Below are positions 41,461 through 54,000 of a stretch of DNA of 64,000 bases, piece after piece. The DNA lies in contig NMRA01000035.1 of assembly GCA_002633005.1 (NCBI GenBank), positions 186,001-250,000 of the forward strand. Direction: 5' to 3'. Source of the DNA: Phoronis australis. Lineage: Eukaryota > Animalia > Phoronida. A program made the translations under genes and the position numbers. Under the pieces are notes generated by a model, which saw only the letters and a list, made by a program, of their open reading frames with translations, did not search any database and was not told the origin of the DNA. Numbering within the stretch: position 1 is the stretch's first letter; every line of letters begins with the position of its first letter.

Positions 41461-44400
41461 CGCACAGCGCCACCGTTATACAATCAATATAATCTTAACT
41501 CACGAACAAGAAGAGCGGGAGTGCAAAATACTGGAATTTGAGTGATTTTACCACATGCGTCTAGCAGTGACTAGATTCTAACCAATGACAATAGATTATT
41601 TTTCACATCAGAGTGAAATATGAGAAATGCTGAATATTAATTAACATCGCCATTGCTTACTTTAGTGTTCCAATATTGTTCAAACACAGAGACGACATTT
41701 TATGCTAGTAATTAAACACATGCAAATGGATGAGTAATTCTGTCCGTCATTCACAACAAACTACGAAGATCAATTCCGGTTTGTATTGACTCAAGAACTG
41801 TTTCCACGGAGTAGATAAATGCATGCAAATAGTCGACCGAGCAAACTGCAAAAGCATGTCCGACATCCAGCTGTGAGGATAAATCCTGAACATTTCTAAT
41901 TGATTTCAAGAACAAAGAGACAATGTATTTCACCAAGTTAATATTTACACATGCACATTTATGATTTACAATTTTCCTGATGTCTTGGTAAGACACTTAA
42001 AGTCCACCGTGAATTAATTTTTGTTTTTCTGTATGTATTGGACTATGCAGATAGTTCCCGCTGTGTTTTTGTAACGCATGAAAACACGATTTAAACGCTC
42101 AAACGCTGGCACGTCAAATGATTTGTGAAGTAGCCATTTTGCACCATACTGGGACAACGCAAAAAAGCAAATAAAAAACGGCCAATAGCAGTAGTTCTGA
42201 ACATTCGCCAGGGCTCGTGGTAGAACTATATAACTACTGCGGACACCAAAATATATTGAACAGGACAGCAATGTGCACACGCATTGTTTGCATCAGTTTG
42301 GGTTAAGGTTAAGTAGGAAATGTTTTTAAACATTAAAATAACTATACAACATCATATCTCAGAAGAGGCAAAACGTATTCACATGAAACTCTCAGACATA
42401 ATGCTTTGTGCACTGGTTTGCAAAACACTTCAGCGATTGTTTTTAAAATGTTCCATTTTTGCATGAGGGACAATCAAAAAATAAGACTCCTAAGTTCTTT
42501 GAGAAAAAAATGGCAGGAAACAAAATGAAACAATTTAGAGAACTGTTACAGCGTTTGTGAGATTTTATCTTGGAAACTTATATCATACGAAAATTTGGCA
42601 ATGTTATTATTGATCCTGTTGTTTTACTATGAATGCACTTTTCTTGTTTGCTGAATTTTACTAACAAAGAAATTGGTAATATTTTACCCGAACAGTTACG
42701 GAGAACGGAGAACGGTTTCAAGTCCATCCCAAACATACTAAACAATAAAGCCAATTGTCCAACAGTAGATGTCAAAACATTAACTTAACTATGACCTCCA
42801 CTGCCATTTCCATCTGGCCAAATGCTCACATCAGTTGCAAGAGAGACAATTCGGTAGCAGCGAAAGACCAATTTTGGTGCGGCTGAAGTTCCAATTTTTC
42901 TGACGCCAACAAAAGCATAAAAGTAATGACTTTCTTTAAATGCGTCATTTAAAGGGTAAACATGGCGCTGATCATTCTATCCCGATTGATTTAGGTGTTG
43001 TAATGGTTTTGTTCAATTTGCATCAAGTTGCTCTCACAGGAAGTTGATTGTCAGGCAGAACTGTGTCCGGGAGTGAGAGAGTATTTAATATCTAATCTTA
43101 GTGATCTCAATTACTGGCCTGAGCCAACATTGCTTGACCTTTCCTGTGAATGCACACTATAGATTGCTTTCAGGAAACATGGTGATTGTAGTATGCAGGT
43201 ATCTGCCACAACGCAGTTTAATGGACCTATCCCAGTTGCGTTTCCCCTATTTGCCCACAATGCTGGCAGACGGGCAGTCTCTTCAATTCTTTTTCTGTTG
43301 CGTTTTTTGCAAATACTGAAAATTATTTTTCATCAAATTAGTCTATTGTCAGTGAAATTCCGTTGTTGTACAGTAATCTGCAACACCAACACCAACATCA
43401 AAAAATTAAACAAATATCTACATAGATGGGATATGCGGAGTTCTTTCTTGGCCTGAATAAATTCATTCATGACGCATTTTTGTACTTTCATCACAGGAGA
43501 GCTCACATCTAAACAGGATTATATTCTACACCATTGACACTTGCCTCTATACAAATACAAAAGGATGCTCGTACCCATGCAAAATGCTCCACTGATTGAG
43601 GACTTGAAAGGTTCTCTATTTAATATAACATATTCTTTTATTAACACCGTGTATTGTTGAAAAGTTTGTGTGCCCGAACATGTATATAACGGTGTACCTA
43701 AATTCACATTAAGATGAAGAGACTTTGAGGAGTTTACATCTTGGTAAGACATTTACCTATGCATGTAGATATGGCTCAGGCCACCACATGTATCTGAGCA
43801 AAAACATTTAAACTGCATCCCACCTCCCCCACTCAAAGCTGCATTCATTTAACCCCTCTCCAGTTTAGCATACTAAAATGGTAATCAAATCACACCTTCT
43901 GTTCATAATATTCCTAACCCTGAAAGGATTCTAATTCCATTACCACCAAGAACATTAAAACCATCAGAAAACACTTCAGAGTTTTTTGGGCAATGGCGAA
44001 CCCTCACGTTACCAATTCGAAATAGAGCCTAGAGGCACTATCCATGACCCAAGTTGCAAGGTCATTCGGTATTTCAAGATATAATGAGTACGGTGATGTT
44101 TTTAAATCTCATAACGATATAGTTTGCATCACAGTATTGACAGCTAAACAGCAAAAAACATTTTTAGCAAAAACAACAGCACTTTGACTATAGGCCCATG
44201 AGATAATCAGAGGCACTCTCCCCCGTATATAACGATCAAATCAGATGGATGACTTGACCATAGAACCTCAAACTTTGCGTCAAAATCAAGGAACAAGAAA
44301 ACATTTTTTTTAAATTAACACAAGCAACATTAAGGTTGTTGTCCAGTGTGCATGACCATATGAGCTCGCTTCAAAATGCAGAGCAGATAAAACAACATTT

Positions 44401-44782
44401 TCTCAAGTAAAATAACAAAGTGATTTGCAATCAATAGAACATCCCCTGAAAGTCTGTCTCTCAATACTGTCATTGATTCCATTATAAGTGAAACACTAAC
44501 TTGATTTACAAAGCATGGCGAAGAACGGAAAGAACCTGATGATGTCAAACGTGTTTGCAGGGAAAACTATTATCAAACGCTAAATCAAATTAAAGCCTCC
44601 TGGAGGGCTTCTAGGGAGTCAAATTCTACACAGATTTTACATCAAGAATACAGGCATTCAGGCAGAGAACAATCAGCCTTTTCGAAAATCCATAAAACGT
44701 AAGACACGCAAAGATACCAAACCTGCTTTAGCAGTGTTCACATGGCCAATTGCTCCACGGCATGTAACCAGGGTGTCTGTTT

Positions 44783-45143
44783 CATGAAAAGTGACTAAGA
44801 CTTAAGTCAGAAATTTGGTCTTATGCTCCATATAACTACCGTATTTTTGAAAAATTACAAAATTTCACTGTCTTGAGCAAAAGTGCAAGGTGTCTGTTAT
44901 AAACCTGTTACTGATAGTTACTGAACTAATTTTTATGAATTATTTATAAATAGTCAGATATAACGTACCCGCATTTTGAGAACAAATTTTCTCCACTGAA
45001 TAGCAGGCATCAAACTGGTTCTCAAAATATGGGCACGTCATATCTCATTCTTGCCAATTATATCTAGACTAACCTTTTTCAGCAATTGTGCAGTTTCAGC
45101 ACGATACCAAATTTCTGTCTATAGTCTTAAGTCACTTTCCATG
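44783..45143. mobile_element. TIR element hosting hairpin MITE copy 2
   Basis: Left arm CATGAAAAGTGACTAAGACTTAAGTCAGAAATTTGGT matches the reverse complement of right arm ACCAAATTTCTGTCTATAGTCTTAAGTCACTTTCCATG. Exact ends are uncertain. Confidence 0.6.
44946..45055. mobile_element. 110-bp hairpin MITE, copy 2
   Basis: Shares the core ATTTTGAGAAC...CATCAAACTGGTTCTCAAAAT. Flanks are AATTATTT / AATTATAT (7/8 TSD). Confidence 0.75.
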
Positions 45144-45304
45144 TGGTGGAACTGGCAATCTGGACAAAAACTTAACTATAATCAAGATTGGTAAAACCAG
45201 TTACATAAAGTTTGATTTCCAGCCCCACAGCACATGGCAGAAGACCTAACCAGGTGGCCAGCTGGTACAACTTGAGCCCAGTCCATCTAGATGACACCAA
45301 ACCA

Positions 45305-45414
45305 GGCAATAGTCATTTAGAGGTATCCGTATTTTGAGAACCAGTTTTCTCCACTCGATAACAGGCATCAAACTGGTTCTCAAAATCCGGGGACTCCTGC
45401 AAGTGGTTATTGCC
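45305..45414. mobile_element. 110-bp hairpin MITE, copy 3
   Basis: GGCAATAG...TTATTGCC ends and the same core as 5048-5157. Confidence 0.75.
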
Positions 45415-46691
45415 TCAAATTACTCCAAGTTGCTATTGCCATGTTCTACCACTTACACCTCAGTAGACCACATTCTGGGTTTGACAGTACGTGTGTATGC
45501 GCTGCACTCTGTGACTGCACTCTGTGAAGGACGATTACCGCAATTAAGAACCAGTTTACGTAACATTATAATCAGCTCGTGATACTGAAAAAGCTTCTGA
45601 GCAAGCTGACAAAGCCAAATGCTTCGAGTAACTGCAGTCAACTGCCATGGAAATGCAGTTGAACAAATCTGTGCAGAACTGGATAGCAATGTTAAAACTG
45701 GAGTGGCATAATAAATTCCACTTTTTGCAGAAAAATACTTGACAGATCTGTTCTCAAAACAATCAAGAGAATTCAGGACTCTCCCTGAGCAGAAAGCCAA
45801 ACGTTGTACAAACTTTGCTTCCTATCTCTGTATCCCAATTTCCTTTCTGTTAATACAGAAAAGCAAGTTAGTTACGCGTTTTATTTTCAGTCCCTGGGCA
45901 TGTCACCATCATTTTCACAGCAAAATAACAAGTAACGCCATGCAACACCAGTTCACCCACGTGCCCCGTAACTCTGGCTTTCCAAACATGGCTTAAGATT
46001 TTAAACATGGTTCAGGGTTTTTCAAACGTGACTCAAGACTCCCGAACATGGTGCTAAAATTTCAAATATGTGCCCAGTACTTGAATACATGTAGGAACAG
46101 TACTGAGGATTAGAAGCTCTATAACACTGTGGAGGTTGTAGAAATTGCTAACAATCAAGGTCTTCTAAGTTCGGGATGATCAGCAAGCGTGAAGTCAATA
46201 TCTTCCAGGAACATCACCCTTAAACCCACCCATAAACCTAGCAGACATCACTAATTGATCAGTGTTATTACATCACTTGCCTGGCGAGTAAGATCTTGGA
46301 CCACTCAATTCATTAATCCTGGACTGTTTGTGTATTGAACCTGGTATGCTTTGAGACATTCCACACATTACAGAGGTGACCTAGTTTAGGGTACAAATGA
46401 CTCTAAACCCAGCAAACTACAAGGAAATTTTCAAAAAGAAACCAACCCTACTCCAAGAATGTGCCTGACATTCCAAGTCAAAAGAGGAACCTGTGTGTCA
46501 TGTACTTCAGGGGCCTGTTTCACTAAAGCATTAGGGCAGAACTGCTTGACCTGACGATTGTGAAAACTTGTATAAAGCAAAACCACCAGCGTTTGTCAAT
46601 AAGGTTTTCTTAGATGGCTGGGCTCCCCAAGGCTACAAATAACCCACATATAGGTGGCTTTTAATCAGCAACAGATCCCCACACACAATAC

Positions 46692-46823
46692 CTGGCTTTC
46701 TGTCTCATTGTGCTGGTGCTCAGTGTTAGACTGGTGTTGCGGCTGCTGTTCATGTACATTTTTGACCGGTTTTGTCTTCTCATCTCCATTCTCCACCTTC
46801 TGAGTAAACAGTTTGTTGCCCAT
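46692..46823 (-). CDS. PRKAR1: Candidate alternative first coding exon of PKA RI (MGNKLFTQKVENGDEKTKPVKNVHEQQPQHQSNTEHQHNETESQ)
   Basis: Start context AGT-ATG-G with an in-frame TGA six codons upstream. 44 open codons end at a CAG|GTATTG donor in phase 0, matching the phase-0 acceptor at 35139. The hydrophilic E/Q/H-rich composition continues into the linker exon. Confidence 0.6.
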
Positions 46824-49631
46824 ACTGGTCACTGCTGGTCACTGCAGGTTCTGTGAACGTCCTAGCCACACACAGCAGCTGTAATCACGCGCCTGACCAC
46901 AGTAATGCTTACACCAGATAAGCGGCAAGGTGTAAAAAAGTAAATAATGATAAGCCCATTGAAATTGACATGGAGTGGTGACAGCCTGTGTAGCACTGTA
47001 TCGTTGATCAAAAGTTCTTTCTGTCAGGTGCTTTTCATGTTTATCTGCACGTGTAAGGAAACAGGCGTGACTCGCAAATCCTAGGGAGCTGACGGGCAAG
47101 CAGCTTGCCTCACAGCACGGCCTCTCGTAAATAACAGTTGCAGAGCGGGAGACCTTCTCCACCAACTCTACCAGCACAGACCAGCGAGTGAGATGCGCAG
47201 CTGATGAAAAAATCAATAACCATATAGCACATTTATTTAACGTCTTATTCCAACCAGTCGCTTCAATTGTTTTAATGGGATCCGACAATTAAGTTAAGTT
47301 GCATGTATACACCTGTTTGGAAGTATGACCCAGGGAGTTGTAATGGTAGTATGCTGTGTATCCTCCTTCAGAACAATCCTCTTTAAACTTCCAGCTGGTG
47401 TAAAGTCACTATCCAGTTCCACATATACAGTGCATGGATGATCTTTGCTTGATGACACTGAGTAACAGCTAGCCACCCGAATCTTGAGACACTTGGTCAA
47501 TCCTTCAGGTTCACGCACTGAGTGTACAAACACACACACACTGATATTGACAGTCAAGACTTGGCACTAATGCATAAACCGGTCAACTCAACACAAAACA
47601 CATGGACCAGACGAACAGGGGAGACAACTCTGACAGGCAAGACTTGAATGGCATGCCAAACAGACCTATTGCCTTGTGCCAATGACTGTACTCCAATGGC
47701 AATGAATGTAAACAAAAGACCATTTTTGTAATGTCTGCATGCTGTTCGGAATGCTGAGCTGTGTCAGCATGTGAAATCACTACTGGGCAATAGTAAACGA
47801 AAGTTTAATGCAGGAAGAGGGGGTTCAAGTAATACACCCTGTACAAACTTACTAAAGAAACGGTAAAAGTGACAGCACTAGTACACAATTTATTGAAACA
47901 AAAGTGTCTTTTGTATAAAAGCGATCATTTCTTACATGCAAGTGTTTCCATCATCTACATTTTATCACAAATGCTACTGAAGAGGGAATCGTTTTTGCAA
48001 AGACCTTTCAGTCACAAAAGCAGATATACCGATAGATCCAATTACCAGACAACCAACAATGAACAAGCTATATTAAACGATTCATCTGATCTTAAAATAA
48101 ATACAGACTTACAAATAACAATTGCACCAATAATCAAAATGAGAACTGGATAAAAAGGAGAACTTGATACCTTTCCTCAGGCAATTAAAATCTATCTGAT
48201 GAAAAGAAATATTATAAGCTATACACGAATGTGTAAAGTGAAAAAGAGCATAGAATTCTGGTGAGCCTGGCAACGATAGGATAGTTTTTTAAAAAGTACT
48301 CGTGAGGACACGGCGACAATTCCTGTGCTCCATTTCCTGGTTAAACGTGACAAAAACTGCTTTTACACAGTAATAGTTGTCGCGGTGAGAGTCGTCACGG
48401 CACGCCTTGCTCTACTTAAGTCGAATTTACACAACATTAGATCGTAAACTGGGTCCGCAGGAGTCATTGACACAAAAACTGTCTATGTATGCTTGCATAA
48501 ATAATAGTGAATGTCCAGACCAGTTGGAATGCTAGCAAATCACCAGTGTGTGCCAAACATTGATGCTCCTTTCCAACCTGTCCCAGTCTGTGTTTAGACG
48601 TATAGTTGACATTGGAGAAAATCTTCTTGAAAGAGGAAAATTCCAAGTCCCTTTAGTTAGGCCATTACTATTCTCAGCAGTGACAACTCGTGTTCTCAGC
48701 ATCCAGACATGACAGGAGTGGGAAGAAATGGAAATCACACCCAGCCATGGCCTCCACCAAGACTCTCGACAGGACTCCTCTCATCCAACGCCGTTCCCAA
48801 GCGAGGAGTCTTCTAATACTTATTTACATCTGCACAAAATTCATCTCTAGTGGAGGTGAATCAAGGCTACTACGACGGAATAGCTCGTCCATGACTTCAG
48901 TCGTGCAGAATCCACTCCAAAAGGAATTAATTGAATTGTCAGTGTCACCACCCAGGGCGTTTCCTTTGGGAAATTAAAAATTCAGCGTGGGTAGGCGTTA
49001 AATCGAGCAAGGACACTCAAAAACGATAGTTTTGAGAAGTCGGAAATGGGAGATTATCCAAACAGTCAATTGGCTCACGCAAGTGCCTTACAAAGCATTT
49101 TTGTACACATGTACGGTAATACAAGAATGCACGTGGGCCTAAGGAATCATTCGATGTCTCCCGTAGTAAAACATGGGAATTTTCCATGCTGAATATTAGT
49201 TCTGCTCATTTTGAGAGCTAAAATTCTTGTGAGAGGAGCATTCGCAAAGATAATGGCAAGTCTCTGTCATATAAATTACATAGGAGTGAGCATTAGGTGA
49301 ACCCAGAGGAGTACAGATTCTACTTCATCAGTATCATTTCATCAGCGTGCTAACACATTCCACCCACTGCTAATTATAGACCGTTGTGCTTCGTTAGCAG
49401 AATCCCTCAATATGAAGTTGGAAATATTCAATAAGCTTCCTTCCAATGAAGTCAAACATTCACGGAACAGTTTCTAACATTCCAAGGGAATACGACTCGC
49501 ATAAAGTTGATGAAAGTAAAAAAGTACCTTGAACATAGATAAATAATTATCGGTTACGACCCGCAAAGAGGCTTTTCTATTTTATTTATTCAAAAATGGT
49601 CATAATGAAAGATTTCACTTCATTACTACTA

Positions 49632-51094
49632 CCCTATTCGCCCTAATAAGTGCCAATGCCCCTATATGCACCCCCCCACATTTTCAGACTTTGCTAAAAT
49701 AAGCGCCCAGTCCATGTGAACACCGCCGTACATGCGAAAAATGCCTTACCTACAGTTCTAAAATTCTACAATAACATCAATTTATAAATAAGATCTAACA
49801 GTTGTGAAAAAATCATTGTGCGCGAAATTTGTAGACCACGAGCCTCGCCGCTATGTTGGTATTTAGCCATGACTATACACTTCAAACTTCCGCCGTGCTT
49901 CAAAAAGAACGCAAAAGTTTTGCTGATCTTGCGAGGGACGTATCCTATTATGGTCTGGTCTTTCAGAACAGACGCGACGTACTTGACGACGAGATTATAT
50001 TGTTTCTTTTCCGTGCAGATCTTGTCCCTAAAACAGGAATCCAAATTTCTTTTTCTACGTGACAACTACAAATCGAAGACTAAAAAAACCTTGACCTTTG
50101 TTAATAGCATGTGTCTGAGAAGCGCGCACTACATACGAGTACCTGTCACCGAAGATTAGTCTTTGGGAACTATCAATCCATGAAACGAGTAGCATAGCAT
50201 AGGGAAGAAAATAATACTGGCACGTATTTCCGAAAGTTTCTAATACCATGAAATTAGTTTGCGTTATTTTTAGGGGGAATTATTAAATTAATCATAATTG
50301 GTGTTTTAAAGTCAAAATGACCCACTGATAGGGAACACTTCCACACCCTTACACCTCCGAATCTCCCGAAAAATAACTGTTAGACTGTCACGCATCCAGT
50401 CACCAGGCAACTCAATATTGGCCTTACCGAGACAATGCTCGAACGATTTTTAGCAGATGAGATCAACAAGTGCTAAATAAAACACATTCTGCTTTACTGC
50501 TTGAGTTAATTTCTTTAGTTACAATGCACACCTAGATCGTTACATCGCGTTTACTCTGGCAAATGAACTCTGATGACACGCAAGCACTCGCTCACTCACA
50601 CACGCAGACGAACATCAAACAAACATCCCGTGACAACAACATGGGTGTTCATCCAGATATTTTTCTTGTGTTGTGGAGTTCGTGCAGATTTGAACTTAAC
50701 ATGCAGTCAATCCCGACTCCACCAATGTTAGGGACGCTATTTTGAAAACTTAAGAAAAACTTCAGGTAATTTGTTGAGTCGATACTATATCTTTACTCAA
50801 GAATTTAAGTTGACCTATCGGCGATTGCGAGGCAGCGACGCATCAGTCGGCGAGTTTGGGATTTTCTCAAAAATGCTCGTAATTTAACAACAAAGTTTGA
50901 TAGCAATGCACTGCAATTTTGCAGAAACTCTGTCATAGGTTACAGGTGCGTCACAGACCGTAAATGTGATGAATTCTAGCTTACGATTTTACTTGTTTCA
51001 GACACTGGGTTTCGACCACTTGTTATAATAAGGGCCCCCCCTTCCTGAAGCAAATTTTTCTAAGCACCCTGGGAGCTTATTAGGGCGAATATGG
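49632..51094. mobile_element. ~1.46-kb non-autonomous pogo-like TIR element with TA TSD
   Basis: TA|CCCTATTCGCCCTAATAAG ... CTTATTAGGGCGAATATGG|TA. Same family as 26593-26831. Confidence 0.85.
49790..50085 (-). pseudogene. Frameshifted HIRAN-like ORF carried inside the TIR element
   Basis: One frame reads SSICSCHVEKEIWIPVLG. After a frameshift it reads ...KYVASVLKDQTIIGYVPRKISKTFAFFLKHGGSLKC...GLQI, resembling the RGYHVYK.IW...AVAV...VGHVP..IS pattern of invertebrate HIRAN-like proteins. Confidence 0.6.
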
Positions 51095-54000
51095 TATTAG
51101 TGATTAAGACTCACAATCCAAAGGTTTCCATTAAACTATTAAGAGAGTCAACTAGACTATATTTAAGCAGCCTCTAACCACACAAAGAGTTTCAGGTTTT
51201 GTGCAATTTTTTTAATCAAATTGTTCAAAAAACCTTTCCAGATTTGCCCACATGGTGCACTTAATGACACACCACATTATAAAAAGACATATTTTCATTG
51301 AACAATAATGGATATCCATGAAGTTCACCATTAGCCCAATAGATGTCCTCCTATCCTTGTCAGTTCACAAACTTCTTGCCTCCAAGACAAGAGCAAGGTG
51401 GGGTGTTGATATGTTGCCACCCGCCCCACCGTCGGGATCGCATACAGCGCAAATACGAGGGGTGGTCATTATTTTAAACACTCCCACTAAAGGGAGTAAT
51501 ACTAGTAAACTTAAAATAAACTATAGGGAGTGAAAAGCAAGCAAGCAATGCTCTCCTCAATAGGAACAATCTGACACCTTTCATTACGATTCTTTTGCAG
51601 TTTGAAGGATAGGGAGAAGGGAGGTGGTCATTATGGAATGCATCAAAAATATCAGCCACTATGGAATGCAGTGTGGGTCACATCCGTCTGAAACAGGGCC
51701 TAGGGAGCTATCATATACACGATCACAACTTATTTGCCAAATTTCAAGAAACTTGGTAGATATCACAGCAAATGCACTAGAAGTCTAAAAGACTTCGCAG
51801 TAGTCGGAAACACATACAACAAATGTCATAAAGATTCTTAGAGCGGTATGGCCGTTGACGTGGTGGAGGCCAAAACCAAAAATGCATACAATGTGACATA
51901 CATTGACAAATTTCATGAAAATCTGTCAAGGAACTCCAAAGATATGGGAGCAAACGGAAAAAAACAAAATGTCCATTACCGGAAACAGTGGAAGGCAAAT
52001 CCGTCTGAAAGTTATTGTCATCCGCTGTCACATTTAAAGAAGTACAATCGCCAAATTTAACAAGGATCTTGCAGAAGGTTTAGGAGCTAAGCCACCAACA
52101 CAAAGACCTGTTGGTTGTCACTAGGCCATGCCACGGTAGTAGGGAGCTGTCCAAAAATAATCATCAACCAGTACAAACACATATGCCAACTTTTATCATG
52201 ATCCTAAGAGTGATTTGGCTGACAGACAGGGATGCCAAAGACTCGAAAACAGTAAAAATGACCTTTAAGATGCACGATATGTCGAATCCATCCAAAAACG
52301 AAGTAAATTGGTCTGTGACAACCTATTTCGTACACAAATGCCATAATTTGCACTACCTTCAGTTTTCAAGGGATTCAAAGATTATTTTGAATGGTCACAA
52401 TTTTTCAAAATATTTTCATAGGTAATTATGGTACAAAACTTGGATAAGACAAAGCATCATTCTGGTACTGTGAATCATTTATGAAAACAATGAGAAAATG
52501 AAATTTCACCTGTCCACCATGTAAGTCCTAAATAAGTGAGAAATTTACCATAGTAGGTGTTTCTAAACACGTGCTTGGGTACGTTCAACTTCCTTTTAAA
52601 GATTCTGCAATCCAATTGGTTGCTTGACAAAATCGACTCATACATTGCGTATTACTGTACTTATTTCAATAATTATAGTGCATGGGCATCTCAAATAGTT
52701 ATTAGATGTCAACTCATGCATTAAACCATTGACAGGCAGGCAAAGATGATGGAGATGACAGATAAGGAAAGTCTGGGCACCCTGAGAAGGTATTCGATTA
52801 GATTTTTCATCACTTACAGCGCTGGACACTTATCTAAATGCCAAGTCATATTTGGCGACTTGGCAAAAATCCCAAGTAGCCAAACGAAATCGGAGGTCGC
52901 CAGAACTGATAAAATGGATATTTCGTGCGGGCGCCCAAATCAATTCCCAGGTTTCTAATTCGGGCATCAAAAAAGTCCTTTGACTAAATTTGGACGGCCG
53001 TAATGCCACCTAATTTCCCCGTAAATGCCTAAATGTTGGCATACCTTCAGTCTCCTGATTTTTGCTAAACAATGCCAACTTCTGTCAGTTTACCTCCTGG
53101 CAAATGCACTGATTTCACAAAACAAACGGAACAATTGTGAATCAAAGGTAATAAGTGTTGGAAAACAGTTAGTAATTAAAAGTTTGGAAATCTACTTTGT
53201 GGCGTGGAATTTTCCCCAGTTCCTCAAACACAATCTGAGGTCGTATTGGCGATCTGCAGGTAGCTAAATTGAGCGTTAAATAGGTATTTTCCTAGGTACC
53301 CAACTTGCCGAGGCAAATGCTCTGGTCTGGATTTTAAATATGTGGTAAAACCCTTACTCATTATGAATAAGAGAGCTCCGGTCTGTCTGCAAATGACAAG
53401 AACACAAATGTCCCTGCCACAAAATTCCTCTCATTTTAGCTGTTTTCACGAAGCCTTGACCTTCCAGATCATGAATACCACAGTCTATTGTTCAGGCAAA
53501 GAACCATCAAGAAGCCAAAAAACGCATTTCACAAGCAGTTGGTAAAACATAGTCAAGCTTGCAGTAGATAACATGAATCATCCAACATAAACGATATTAT
53601 CAACATTTTACACAACCCTAATTCTTGACAACTATCACAGATGACATATAGTCAATATGTGCTGAGCTTCAGAACAAACACATTGGGCTCCTGTCTAAAG
53701 AAGTAATTGCCTACAGATGATGGCATATTAACACATAAATCACACTTCAAAAGTGCACTTCTTGACAGAGTAAATCCCATAGACAAAACCCAGTAGATAC
53801 ATCAACAAATCCAGTGTAATACTCAGGAATAATGATATGAATTTTCATTCTGACTGCAGACAAATCTAGACTCGACTGTTCAAGGACCATGTGATATAAA
53901 TTTGCACAAACGTAGGCGTAGGAAGATTTCCTTCTGCCTACAGTTGGCAGTAAATTTCACAATCCCCTGGTTGTCACCATCAATTCCCCTGACATGAATA

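Noticed and set aside
45453-45800. 115-aa minus-strand ORF ending near a GTAAGT donor as another first exon
   Set aside because: The strong donor (GGT|GTAAGT) is out of phase with this ORF, and its phase-0 frame has TGA immediately before it. The in-phase donor GAG|GTGTAA is weak.
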